This document shows positions 14,301 through 25,823 of a stretch of DNA of 64,000 bases, in pieces. Below the pieces are notes generated by a model that did no database searches, was not told the origin of the DNA, and was given only the letters and a program-made list of their open reading frames with translations. Positions within the stretch are counted from its first letter, which is position 1; each line of letters opens with the position of its first letter. The DNA comes from Raillietiella orientalis (Eukaryota). The stretch spans positions 186,001 to 250,000 of the forward strand of contig JAYWIR010000016.1 of NCBI GenBank assembly GCA_036172245.1. Direction: 5' to 3'. The position numbers were made by a program, and so were the translations under genes.

Positions 14301-17300
14301 CTTTGTGTACGTAATTTACATTTTCAACAAGTTGATTAAAAGTTTTAGAATCGATTATGGACAGTGACCATGCTGTATAGGAATTTATCCAGGTTATGAT
14401 AAAAAAAAGTTTTGCATCTGACGTATGGGTGTATATGGGTTGATGAGTGTATCAATCCATGGTGCATAAACTGAGTCGCCTTGATCATAACAATGAATCA
14501 TTTATTTCGTGGAAAGCAAAAGAACAAATTATTTTTGAAGTGATTGCTGATTATTTTTGAAGAGTAGGATTGGGTCAACTCAATGCATTGTTTGAAAGGA
14601 CATTACATAAGTGAAACCATTTGTTTGCATATCAATCATATATGAATAATTCATTTGAAAGCTCATAAGTAAACAGATTTTGTGCTTTTCGGAAAATGGT
14701 AAATTGCAATCGATAGTTTGCAAGAGGAAAGGTACATTATGGATGCAAGGTTTTTTTTTTGCTAACTTATGATATTAGTTCAAAAGGAACATTTTGTCAT
14801 TAATGTTTAGTCCTGTTTTCATGAATTTAGTGATATTTGGAATTTTCTAGTTGAAAAACAATCCAAATGAAGCAATGTTACTATTGAAGCAGTAGAACTT
14901 TTAAGATGAATAATCTATTGAGTTTTTTCGTGCATTTGTCGTGAATCATATTTGCAAATCTGTCATTTTATTTCTCCCTTTTGATACTTTTATGTATTCA
15001 TTCTATCTTATAGGAAACTGCAGCAGATGGAATTAACAGCAAGCTAGTAGTTGGTAAAATTTCCCATTTGCAAGCCCTCAGTAGTCAGAGTCCAAACTGT
15101 GTTGTCAGAAATAACGTTAATGTTATTGATTTGACAGATGAAGATGAAAAATCAGGTAAGTGATTTTCACCTATTTTTAAAATGGCTCACACATATAAAA
15201 GGCAGTGGAAATGAGATTGAATTAGAGGTTTTTAATAAAAATAAATAAGAAACAAAGATGATATTTTAAATGCGTGCAAAGTCTTCCTCGACATTTTTAA
15301 ATGAAGAATACTTAGTCATAATGAAATACAGCATTATCACTATATATCTTTTCTACCTTTTAGCACATTCATATTGCCCTGCCAAAAAATTCTGCCCAGA
15401 TAAAAGTGCTCTTACCCCAGTGCCCTCAGTAAGCACTCATTATGGAATGCATAGATAAACCTTAGTTACATTCCAGATTACCAAGAATTTATCTTTCTTG
15501 TCTGCAGCCACATCTCCAGCCAAACCTTCAGTTAATCCATCAGATTCATTATCCTCGTCAGCTGTCCACCGTGATCATTCACCTCTAACTGTAATTTCGA
15601 AAAATGGTGAGCAATAATTGATATTCAGACTAATTTAGACTCAGCTTGAAATTTTGATTCTGTCAACCTCAGTGCAGTAATTCGTTAATTCAAGATGTCA
15701 TTTGGTGTGTTGACACATCTGTTCTGTCTAATTTTCAGACGATACATTCCAAATTGTAGGTAATGAATTTGGTAAAACTGTTGCAGTTTATTGCTGCTTT
15801 GTGGATTCTTTAAAACAGGAGATGTGCTCACCAATTTTTGAGAGCATTTAGGTCAAGGAGTTTTTCCATCTCGAGTACAAATATTGAACTGTTGAATTGT
15901 TTGGTAGTTTTGACTTCTTAGCTTTATAATTAGACGACCTCGGCAATATCCCTGCAATTTTATCATTTCACAGAAGCCAGTAGAACTTTCCTTAAATATG
16001 TTCTAAGTGTTGGTCCAAAAGAAATCTTCAGAAGCACATTGTGCAAGGTAGTATAAAAACTGAAGTGCATTCTGCCTTCTTAATGTGAAGTTTTTTCTAT
16101 AAGCAGAATTGTTGAATATCAAAAGCAAGTGTGGCATGCTGGGCAAGGCATCCTTGTACTACTAACCAAGTACATTTGTTTCCTTGATTAGTAGCAGCTG
16201 AGCCTGTTTGTAGAAGGAGGAATTATAGAGGATGTTTCTCATGATATATTATTTGTTTTATGAGTCCATGCTTGTTAGGCTTATCCCTCAGTCTAGCTCT
16301 TCAGCTTACTAGTTACTACCATTCTTGAATACGGTGTTTCTGGTGTTTCCTGCTTATGAGTCTTAGGTCACTACATTTTATTCCCCAAATGTCTTTGTGC
16401 AGCTTTAGAACATGATCACCTATTCTTCAAGTGTGTTTGTAGTTCAAGGAATGGGAAATCGGTCAAGACCATTGGGTGGTTTCTTATGAAAAAATTCATT
16501 ATGCAGGATCTCAGCTAGAGATGTTAGTGCTGATCACGTTTTCTCTCTTTGCTTCTTTCTTTTCTTCTTTCTTTCTTTCTTCCCTTTTTTTTTTTTCTTT
16601 TTCCAAGTTATTCTGTAATGCAGAGTAGGGAATCATTTTGACGAAAACCAATTCAAAAGTTTATGTGAAACTGCTTCTCGTTGATTCCATTTGAGTCTAA
16701 GTTAATTCTTGTATATCCCTTGGGTTTTCAGCTTTGAAAATTGCAGTTGATTGTGCCACCAAGACCAAAACATTTCTAATCTAAACGAGTTAGCTATCTT
16801 ACTTATCTCAGTGTTATCAAAAAGAATCCCTATTTTGCCGTTTGGTTTGATTATAGAGCAGAGATGATTTGAATGCTTGCAAGAGAGTGAATAACCTATC
16901 GTGAAGTCGTAGGAACTACAACAAACCAGAAGCTTATTTTCCATTCCCGTATTACAAAAATTAGATCAAGCAAGCAGATAGTTGATCAGTTGATCACTTT
17001 GAGTAAAGTTGGAAAGATGGTCAACATGACGACGATTCAAATGGAAATTTTGTGCAATTTTTTTCTTCGAGTCCTTGCTAGAAGAATTTAATCAGCTTTC
17101 AGTGAGCTGGTGGCAACCTAATCCTTGTATACATGATGATGGCACAATACTGAGGAAGTGCACGACAAATTTCAGACTTATAAGGAAAGAAAATGGTGAA
17201 CTTTTTTGAAGAACGAAGAACAATAGGTATTATGATTAGGTAGAAAAACAACTTTCGGGAGAAGTTATTTAGGAGTCGGTTTCCGTTTAATCAGCGGAGA

Positions 17301-19058
17301 GCACAACTCATGTATAAATGTATACACCGCTGATTGAGGAGTTGATACCTCTCGTAATTGTTCGAACATTTGCCATAGTCTTGAAAGTGCCGGTTTACTC
17401 CATATTATTCTGTCATCCTACATAGATTTATAGGTGGACTGAAGAAAGGATTCATTTCTATTTACAAAGGTGGATTCTTCAGTCTAATGGCAGTAGATTT
17501 TTAACAGTATAGGAACATTGATTTTATCAGTTTTTTACATTCTTATTATCCAGTTATTTTTTAAATTCATATTTATTATCAGAAGGTTCATTCAAGCGGA
17601 GGATCTTATTGTAGTTCTAGTTCTCCTTATACGAAGTTTGCACTATTGTCCTTCAAAAAAATAGGCCTTCATGATTGTTTAATCTCAGGTAATGGTATGA
17701 AACATTATGCCATATCCATATGCTGTTTTTACTCATGCCAAAATAAGCCAATATAAAAATGAAATCAATTTAAAATAGCAATCAGCATTGATTTTCTGTG
17801 TACTCGCTAAATCTTTTAGCCGTTTCAAGTGAAATTGTGCCCAATGCAAAACCTGACATCATCTATAAATCAATCTTGATGTTCTTGAATAGCCTTTTAG
17901 GAAGGAAAATTTGTAATAGATCGGAGCTGAACTTCAGATTTGTTTGAGGGAGTTTTGGTGCTCATCCACCTTACCATTAAATCATACAACAAAAGGATAT
18001 ATGGACAATAACAGATGTGGTCATTTTTCCGCATTTCTTCCCAATTTACTTTATTAAATGTGGTTTTGATGAAATAAAGAATGTAGGGTGTGTGTTTGCC
18101 AATGACTGCTCCATTAAACTTTTGAAAACTGAACCTGTATTCAGTTATGCGAGCAAGCCATAATTCAAGAGAATCAAAAATAATGTATGCAACCATTAGT
18201 TTTATTGATTGCAGAACTTTGTTAAGAATACAAATACTAGTATTAAGTCTGTTTTATTATTTGTTTGCACTGTTAGGAAAGTAGTGAAGAAGTGTTTGTC
18301 ACAGAGAATGCGAAAAATGGAATTGGAGATTAAAAACTTTTAACTCAGGGGTTCCATTGCATGATTTGCAAATCAAACTACCAAATAATGGTCTTTCTAA
18401 TTTCAAGGACTCATCACATCATCCATTGTTACAAAAGCTGATGGGTCTGCACAGCCAGCTGGAAAAGTCACTCTTCCTTCTCAGTCTCCACAGTATTCCA
18501 GGACCTTGTTATCAGTAAGTGTGTAGTATAACAGATCTGCAATGAATATGCATTAGCATCCCGCACCCCTTCCTATTTCATCACTTGCATCGAATCAAAT
18601 GGTGGAACCTTCCAAAAATATTCTGCCTAGGCCAGTTTTGAAAATCTCCAAAAAGAACAATGGTATGTTGCCATACTTCCAAGCTATCGGTTATACCGAA
18701 TCATTCAGGAATCGATGTCTCCTGGAGTATGAACGTTGATGTTCCAAGAGTTCCAATCTCATCGTATCAATTATTTGCCTACCAAGAAAGTGCTGCACTG
18801 CCAAGTCCAAGTTTGTGGAAAAAAGTTGGTGACGTGAAGGCTTTGCCATTGCCAATGGCATGCACATTAACTCAGGTAAAATCTCTACTTCGGCAACTAT
18901 GATAAATGTATTTTTTTGCCCTTGTCGATAAAGATAACAGCTGGATTTTCGTTTTTTAGTTCATGGGAGGCCACAGATATCATTTTGCCGTACGAGCAGT
19001 AGCCTTGTCAGGGCAATTAGGTCCTTTCAGTGAACCTGTCAGTGTCATGTTATCGTGA
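5345..19058 (+). CDS. ATF7IP: ATF7IP/MCAF1/windei-like protein (SETDB1 cofactor; coiled coil, SIM, C-terminal fibronectin type III domain), multi-exon
   Basis: Phase-compatible GT-AG exons: 5345-5891, 7361-7446, 7543(or 7558)-7645, 11280-11491, 11546-11686, 11965(or 11992)-12126, 14078-14149, 15014-15155, 15508-15606, (15739-15759), 18408-18514, 18557-18662, 18709-18875, 18960-19058 (TGA). Translation gives a coiled coil plus IHRSVGLQV, SIM-like VIDLTDEDE, HPAPLP...[46 protein letters not shown] and YHFAVRA...GPFS, the ATF7IP/windei C-terminal FN3 signature. Exon choice between 15155 and 18408 is uncertain. Confidence 0.9.
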
Positions 19059-19104
19059 TTTATAATCCATAATTACAGGATCCCATTTTTGACATGAATT
19101 TTAC

Positions 19105-19110
19105 AATAAA
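19105..19110 (+). terminator. Polyadenylation signal of ATF7IP-like gene
   Basis: AATAAA 47 nt after the TGA stop, followed by TG-rich sequence. Confidence 0.6.
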
Positions 19111-19941
19111 TTTAAGATCTGTGTATGTATGTAATCTGACTGAAGGAGGGAAGCATATATCGCATGTAACACCTCCTAAGCAGATATCTTAGGTCATTTG
19201 TTAATTATGCAAATAATTGTGTTAATAATTTTGTTTAGTTGCAAGGTCTTTAGTTAAGTGTCCTACTGCCCGCCGTAACAGCTGCGCTTGACCATCCATT
19301 CAGCATTCTCTGGAATCAGGATTAAGTAACGACTGAGCATTGTAAGTATTCAGATTTCCTTTCTGCCGATATTGAAACATCCATTATGGCAATCAAGTGG
19401 TCAGAGGGTTGGTTTTTACTTCAGAGGAGCAAGGAGGAGGTTTAGTTAATTTACTGCATTTGTAATAATCAGTAAGAAACTTACGACATTACAAACAGTG
19501 CACGTGGCTACTAGTTTGTAGTTTGCCATGCATTTTTTCGGTATGTGCGCTTGTAATGTAAAGAATTTGGTTTTCCTTCCACCCGTTTCAATGTAAAGCA
19601 CGTAAAGGGCGCAAACTAAGGCGGCCTGTCCCGTGCTCGCAGTTTCCTTCGTACCATCTGCCCCCGTTTTCGGCATTTCGTCAATGCTATAGAGGGGAAA
19701 ATCTGGGGTGGCGTGCCTTTCAGAAGTAACGTCGAATTCGTTTTTGGGGGTTTGCATCTCATGCAGCAGGGTGTCGCAAGAAGCAGAAGTGTAAATTGAT
19801 GTTTTCACAGTGATCTTAAAGTGAAACGTTCCCCCTCATGCGCGGTGAATGAAAGAAGTAAAATGTTTGTTAGTCAAGTTTTCATGTTACCATTTTAGTA
19901 ATGAACATTTTCTTAGACCAACCCAGCTTCATCTTTAAAAC

Positions 19942-22900
19942 ATGAGTGCCGATATTCACCTTCAGATCCATCAATTAAAATTAAATTTGCCTCATGACTT
20001 TTTCCTTACCGGTCTGGTCATTGGGAAACAAGATTCAAAAGGAGTCCTTAGTTCCAAAAGTAAAGCCCACTTTACATTTCTCCATTTACGTCTTCGTTGT
20101 TGTGGTTGTTTTTTTTTTTTTCTTCCATGCCAGTACCAGGCAGTCTGAATTATATCCTAAATTTCACCATTCGAGATTCAGTCCGAGATATAATTGGCGT
20201 GTCTACCTGGGGGCAAGAGCCGTTCGTACGTGAACTCGAAAGTAGCTTTCACATCGGAGACCTAAGTAAGAACAAACCTCTGCTCGAAAGGAAAGCTGCA
20301 CTGTGCTTGCAGTCGATGTGAGGAACCCCAAAGTGATCGCCCGGCAAACGGACAATCAGAGCGAACTGTTTCGACCTTTCACCACAAGGTATTTATGGAA
20401 ATCTCAGCAGTAAAGATTTGCGGGTCACGCGATGTATGGGTAGATATTTGTCTTTTCGACCGTTCACTGTTTTTGAGGGGATTACCACCCGCCGGATTGC
20501 CTTTTTTGAAGTTTTTTTTCTTTTGTCTGTGTGTGTGTGTGTAATGCACAGAAGAGTTGCCCATTTTGCCACACAGTCGCTTTGATCATCGCGAAAGATT
20601 GATATCTCGCGGGCGATGAAAGCATCATTTCGCTACCGTGCGTGCACGTGTGACAGGAGTTCTGTTTCCCGCATGTCAGACGTGCCTACGAGGTCAAACT
20701 GGACCTGTTAAAATTCCAACCCACGCTCGAAGCGTAGGCACCGTAGTCTTTTAGCAAAGGACTTCATAACGAATCTGTACCTCCTGGCTACCGTTCACCC
20801 GTGTCCGGGGCGACAGGAGAAAGCGTTGGTTGCTAGAGGTGTCTTCTCGTAAGAGCATACGTGCATACCGCGTGTTCTTCGTGTATCGTGCCTATCGGTC
20901 CTTTGCTGGTATCCATATGTAATGGCCACTCGCATTTTCTTTCAAGAGTCAAAAGGATATAAGAAAAGACAAGCAGCGGTGGGGCGATCGCACCCTGAGA
21001 TCGGTGGGGCGATCGCACCCTGAGATCAGTGGGGCGATGCTTGCAGCTTAAAATGTCAGGCGGATCGTTGCGATGCGATTTCCCACTCGTTGTGAGGTTC
21101 TGTGGGCAAAATTTCCGAGAGCGAAAACGGGAAAAGTTCCCGCATCAACTCGAACCCATCGAGCAGTTCTGAGAGGTCCTACGGTGCTGTCGTCGCAGGC
21201 CAGCCGGGGCCCGTATTGTATTGGTTTTGCCCTTGACGTTACGACGGCGCGATTCGGGTGTAGGAGGAATAGGGATAGATAAGAACAGCAAGTCCCCAGG
21301 TACGGCACCGGAGCAGAACAGAATTTCCATCTTCGGAAAGATGCCCATTTCCATTGCAAAACGGGATCTCCGTTACGATTCGCAGGTGACCACACTCTCG
21401 CCAAGCGGAAGCGAAGTTTTTGCTAAGCTGTAATCCCAAGAGTCACAGAGGCAAGGAGCACGTCCAGAGAAGAAGGTTGTAAAGATCCCCCAGCCGAAAG
21501 TCGTGGTTCCCTTCACGGTAATGGGGTGTTTTTGAACCTGGTGGTCTTTATGGTTTGTCGGTCGTGAGCATCAGACTTCAGTGTTGTTTCCCGGATCAAT
21601 TCGGTGCCTTCCACGCCCACTGGTCGTCGGATCGTGGAAGCTGTTCAGACCAAGGATGCCTGGATTTCCGCACCTCAAGAACTGGTGAAATCTGCAGAGC
21701 AGTGGATACGATCACCAGTGAGGCATCTTCGGCCCCAAGCGTTCAGTCAGCTTCCGAGTTTCAGAAGACCATCATCTCTTCGGCATACTTGCGCGCATGC
21801 GTGGTTGGAAGTGTTAACGGTGCGAAATTCAGCGCGATTTCCCTCCCTCCCTCGCGTTTTATGCGATCCCGTATTTCATTTCGCAAACCTCCCTAAGGGT
21901 GGTACCCACTGCAGCACTGATTAGGCGGGAATGAAGTTCTCTGCGCGTCACCTAAAGTTTCGGAAACCAGAAAACTTCATTCGTTCTCACATTCCCCCCC
22001 CCCCCTCCAACAGCGACTGAACTGCAAGTCAGCAACCGTGGACTTTGGTGTGCTTCTTCTTCTTTTTCGGTTCGTGCGCTGACTCTTGCAGGATGTGAAT
22101 GCGCACACCCAACGCGCCTCCCATCTGGTTTTGACGCAAGCCGTCGGTTCATTGCCAGCTCCCGCCCGTTTGTTTCGCACCTTTTGGAACTTCATAACCT
22201 TTGCTTGCACTTCTTGAAAGCTGTTGTTGTGTTCCTTCGTGCACATGCACGGAAGTGGTAGATGAAGGATTAGGATTTTTGAATTTCCGGCTCCGCGGCC
22301 ATCGATCTGTCTGGCGAGCTGTTTCGTGGCCGCCACCGCCGGCTCCAGAGGCGCGAATCCAGATCACCGCCGTCGATTCTATCGATGTGGATAATTTGTA
22401 ACCCGTTCACACGGGGGCGTTTGTTGGGAACGAAGTCCCCAAAGGAAAAGGAGATCAGAGGGAGGGTTCACCGACACGCTGGTCAGTCATCGAAAAAAGA
22501 CTGGAGCGGGGAGGAAGGGGACAGCAACCAAACAAACGAAGGGAGCGCGTCGATGCGGCGACCTCCGTTCTGACTTTTTGCAGTCACCTGGCAGCCGTCC
22601 TCGTGTAGGCGGCTGCCATGCTGGTGACCTCCCTTCGCTGCGTCAGAGACCCCCCAGCACGTGGTGGACTGCGACGATGGCGCGGGTGCAACGTCTCGTC
22701 GCGATCACAGCGCTTGTCGAGAGTCCGCTGCGCGCGCGGGTCACGGGCGGTGTCCTCCTGGCACAGCAGCTCCGAATCGGCCTCTGCCACAGTTCGCGTG
22801 GGTCACCGAGGTCCAAGAGCAGGTGCGGGATCGATTCCACCGACCCAAACCTGGAACCGTTCGATGTGGAAGTCAGCTCTGAGCCTGGAGAGCGGTTGCT

Positions 22901-25683
22901 TCTCGCGCGGACCGCACGCTTCGATTTTGCGTGGTCGCCATCGAGTGCTCTGCTTGTCAAAGATAGGAAGGCGATCGCTGCGTGTTGCAGATCGGCGCCA
23001 AAATTAGGTGCTTCTCAGATCTTTCTAGTATCAGGATTTCGTTTTCTGATTACGTCCGCAAGCTTTGGGAGGTGGTCCAGCAAGTTGCGTCGGTATTTAT
23101 TATTATTATTATTTTTTTCGTTGATTGCCACATCCGCATCGTTTTCTTGGGTTTCTTCCTGCTGTAGCATCTTGAACGTTTGGCCATCTAGAAACGAGCG
23201 GCTCAGTTTTGCGTGCTGGGTTTTCCGAACCTCAGGATGGTGGGTTCATCACGTGTCCTCTCGTTTACTTCCAGTCCACTTTGGACTCCACTGTGACTTC
23301 AGGTTTCGTTTCCTTTGTGAATTTCAGTACAACGCCGTACTTGTTGTACGCAAGCAGGCAGAGCCTTGAACGGACGCATCGTTTAGCTTCTGTTCATACA
23401 CGTCTTCAATCCAAGGATCCCTTCGCCTGCGCCCGAACTCGAACCCGGTTGTCGGCTGCTTTCACCGCCTGAGATTAGCCATAGTGATTTCGTCGCATTT
23501 ATCATTTTCCCTTCGCGACTCGACACGTTTGGAATGTGATGGATTCGTGGAGAGATTCTCAGCCATTTCCACTTGTTACTTTACCGAAAGTAGGATGACA
23601 AGCCCTGTCGGTGGTCCAAGATGCTTCCTTAGCACACGCCCAGGTTATGCTGGATATTCGAGCGCACATCTTTTCATTTCATATCCCCCCCCCCCCGGCT
23701 TGTGTGTGAGGGATCCCGAGCTCCGCGTCGTTCTTCGGAGTCCAGGATCCCAAGTGCTACCATCAGTGCTCTTGGCGGAAGCTGGCACGGCTCCGTCACT
23801 GAAAAAGAGACACTTTGCTGCGTTTGGTCTCCTTTTTTTGCTGCGCACTTTCCGGCTTCCCGTCGCCGAGTCCTCTCATCAAGCCGGGAAACATCGGGCA
23901 CGGTTACTTGTGTTCTGGAGTGTCAAGTCGTTCCTCCTTGGCCTACGGACCCACACTCTATAGACTCTCCGGGATTGGGAAATGGTTCTGCGTTCATGAG
24001 AGTTCTAACTGCTGAGTGGGTCTTCCCCCGAATTCCCTCTCTTCGCAGTTTTTTCCCGTTCTCGGTTCTCTGGGATTCTGGAAACTCGACTCCGAACGAT
24101 CCGAAGTTTCTCTCGTACGCCGATTGAACTTGCAGGGTGTGCGTTTTTAAAAGGAACCTTGCGTGGTTGTCCGATGGGGGAGTTTTCGGAAAACTGGCGC
24201 TGCGGGTTATAAAAGTAGGGCGATCCGCGGCGCGGCGCGCTCCCGTGCCGTGGTTCACCTCGTCGACACGTGTTGTGCCCTCCACCAGCCATCACCCCCC
24301 CATCCTCGTTTTCAGCCCCTACACGCTCTCGGTCGTCGAGTCTGTTTCTTCCGTCAGCCTGTCTTGCGCACCCCCGGAGAACTACAGCCACTTGCTGAAC
24401 ATCCCCACGAAGAACGTGAACGATGTGTTGTGCCTGGAGACAATCGCCCGAGGCATCATGTCATACCAGGGGGACACAGTGAACGTGCTGGTGATGCCAA
24501 GCCATGTAAGCCCGGTCCCATTTCGGACACACGGAGACTTCCCCGTTTACCAAATTCGATAAATCCTGTTTCAAGATCGAGGAAACGAAAGAATCCTTCA
24601 CAAAGGACGGACGTCCTTACAGGAGGAAGGAGTTGCAAGTGTTTGACGAGAGCTATCCTTGCATGCCGCTGATCATATGGGACAGAGAGTTGCAAATGCT
24701 TTCGGAACGCTGGAGAGCGTTCGAGGACGGCAAGTACCCTTCCATCACGTGCGTGTCTTTGACGGTGTTTCTGCGGAGGCAGTTCTGTTTCTTGCGGACG
24801 TGCGGGTGTCCTTCGACAGTTTTCGAAACAGCGTGGTGCTGACAGCCGTCAGCAGAACCATAATCACCCTTAACCCAAGGTGCGTCCAGGCGCAGAATCT
24901 CTACGCCCTTGGCGGCAAAATGAAATCGCGGGCGGTGCATGTCGGGGGAGGGGATGCTCCTCACAAAGATCGTAAGAGCAACGCTTTTTGTGAGCACCTC
25001 CCGAGCAGGAGGCGGAACAAGTGTCGCGGTTCTCTGAGAATTTCGCCATCGCAAGATTGAAGAGCGTGCTGTACACCGCCGATGCCACCACACCCGCAAT
25101 CCTGGGCGTTGTCTGCGCGTTCTGCACTCGCCTGAACCTGGAAGAGTCCACGGTCGCTTACTGGTACGTATCCAGTCGGGCTGCTCCAGAACGCGGCGAA
25201 ACAGCCGGGCAAGACCGAGGGTTGTTGTCTCTCACCGTTCTCTTTTGTCAGCAACTTCTGCAGGAAGCGGCTTCCTTCTTCCGTATCCTGCCTTTGCGAT
25301 TCGCCCGGATGCGTTTCTCGGAACACTCCAGCGAGCAGGAGGGCGTCGAGGAACCTCGACGTCGCACTGAGCCTGGCGGATCATTCCGGGTCCCTGAGTA
25401 ATTGTCACATCAAAGGAAGCGTTGCCGAGAGGTTCCTCGGATACAGCGTAACGTTTGGTTGCGTGGGGCGCGTGTGCGTTGACGTCTGCGTGTTGTCCAG
25501 GTGGAAGAGTGGGCCGGGCGCGACGACCAGTGCGAGGGCACGGTCAGGTGGAAGTACTTGCTGGAGCGGTGGAAGTTCTATTTCGTGGGCCATCCCAGTT
25601 CCGTTAAGCGCAGCTATCCGTACGTGGAGATCGTCCACGTGGAAGTCCCGAACATGGATGAAGTCATTTTGCTCAACTCTTGA
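19942..25683 (+). CDS. MEIOB: Meiosis-specific OB-fold protein MEIOB (hold'em ortholog), multi-exon
   Basis: Exons 19942-20059, 20134-20265, 20313-20388, 24316-24505, 24576-24729, 24783-~24934, ~25009-25163, 25252-25447, 25501-25683 (TGA). Peptides LTGLVIGKQDSKG, LNFTIRDS...STWG...SFHIGD, NPKV...FRPFTTS, LLNIPTK, VNVL, VFDES...IWD, VLFLADVRVSFDSFRN...SRTIITLNP, CNFC...C, LADHSGSL..C.IKGSVAE.FLG and WKYLLERWKFY match MEIOB OB1-OB3 in order. The junction near 24934-25009 is uncertain. Confidence 0.92.
20978..21038. repeat. 25-bp tandem repeat, about 2.4 units
   Basis: GGTGGGGCGATCGCACCCTGAGATC twice, then a partial unit; inside MEIOB intron 3. Confidence 0.9.
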
Positions 25684-25817
25684 AGGTGTTCGCGTTGTTT
25701 TTGCGAGTTGCACGTTGCGTTGGCTGCCGCCACCCGAGTTGCGCGCTTCACCTGAAAACTTTGATCACTCCGCGTTTTCAAGCACGGCAGTGCGTGTAAG
25801 GAATCCGAGTTCTGGGC

Positions 25818-25823
25818 AATAAA
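25818..25823 (+). terminator. Polyadenylation signal of MEIOB
   Basis: AATAAA about 135 nt downstream of the stop codon. Confidence 0.5.
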
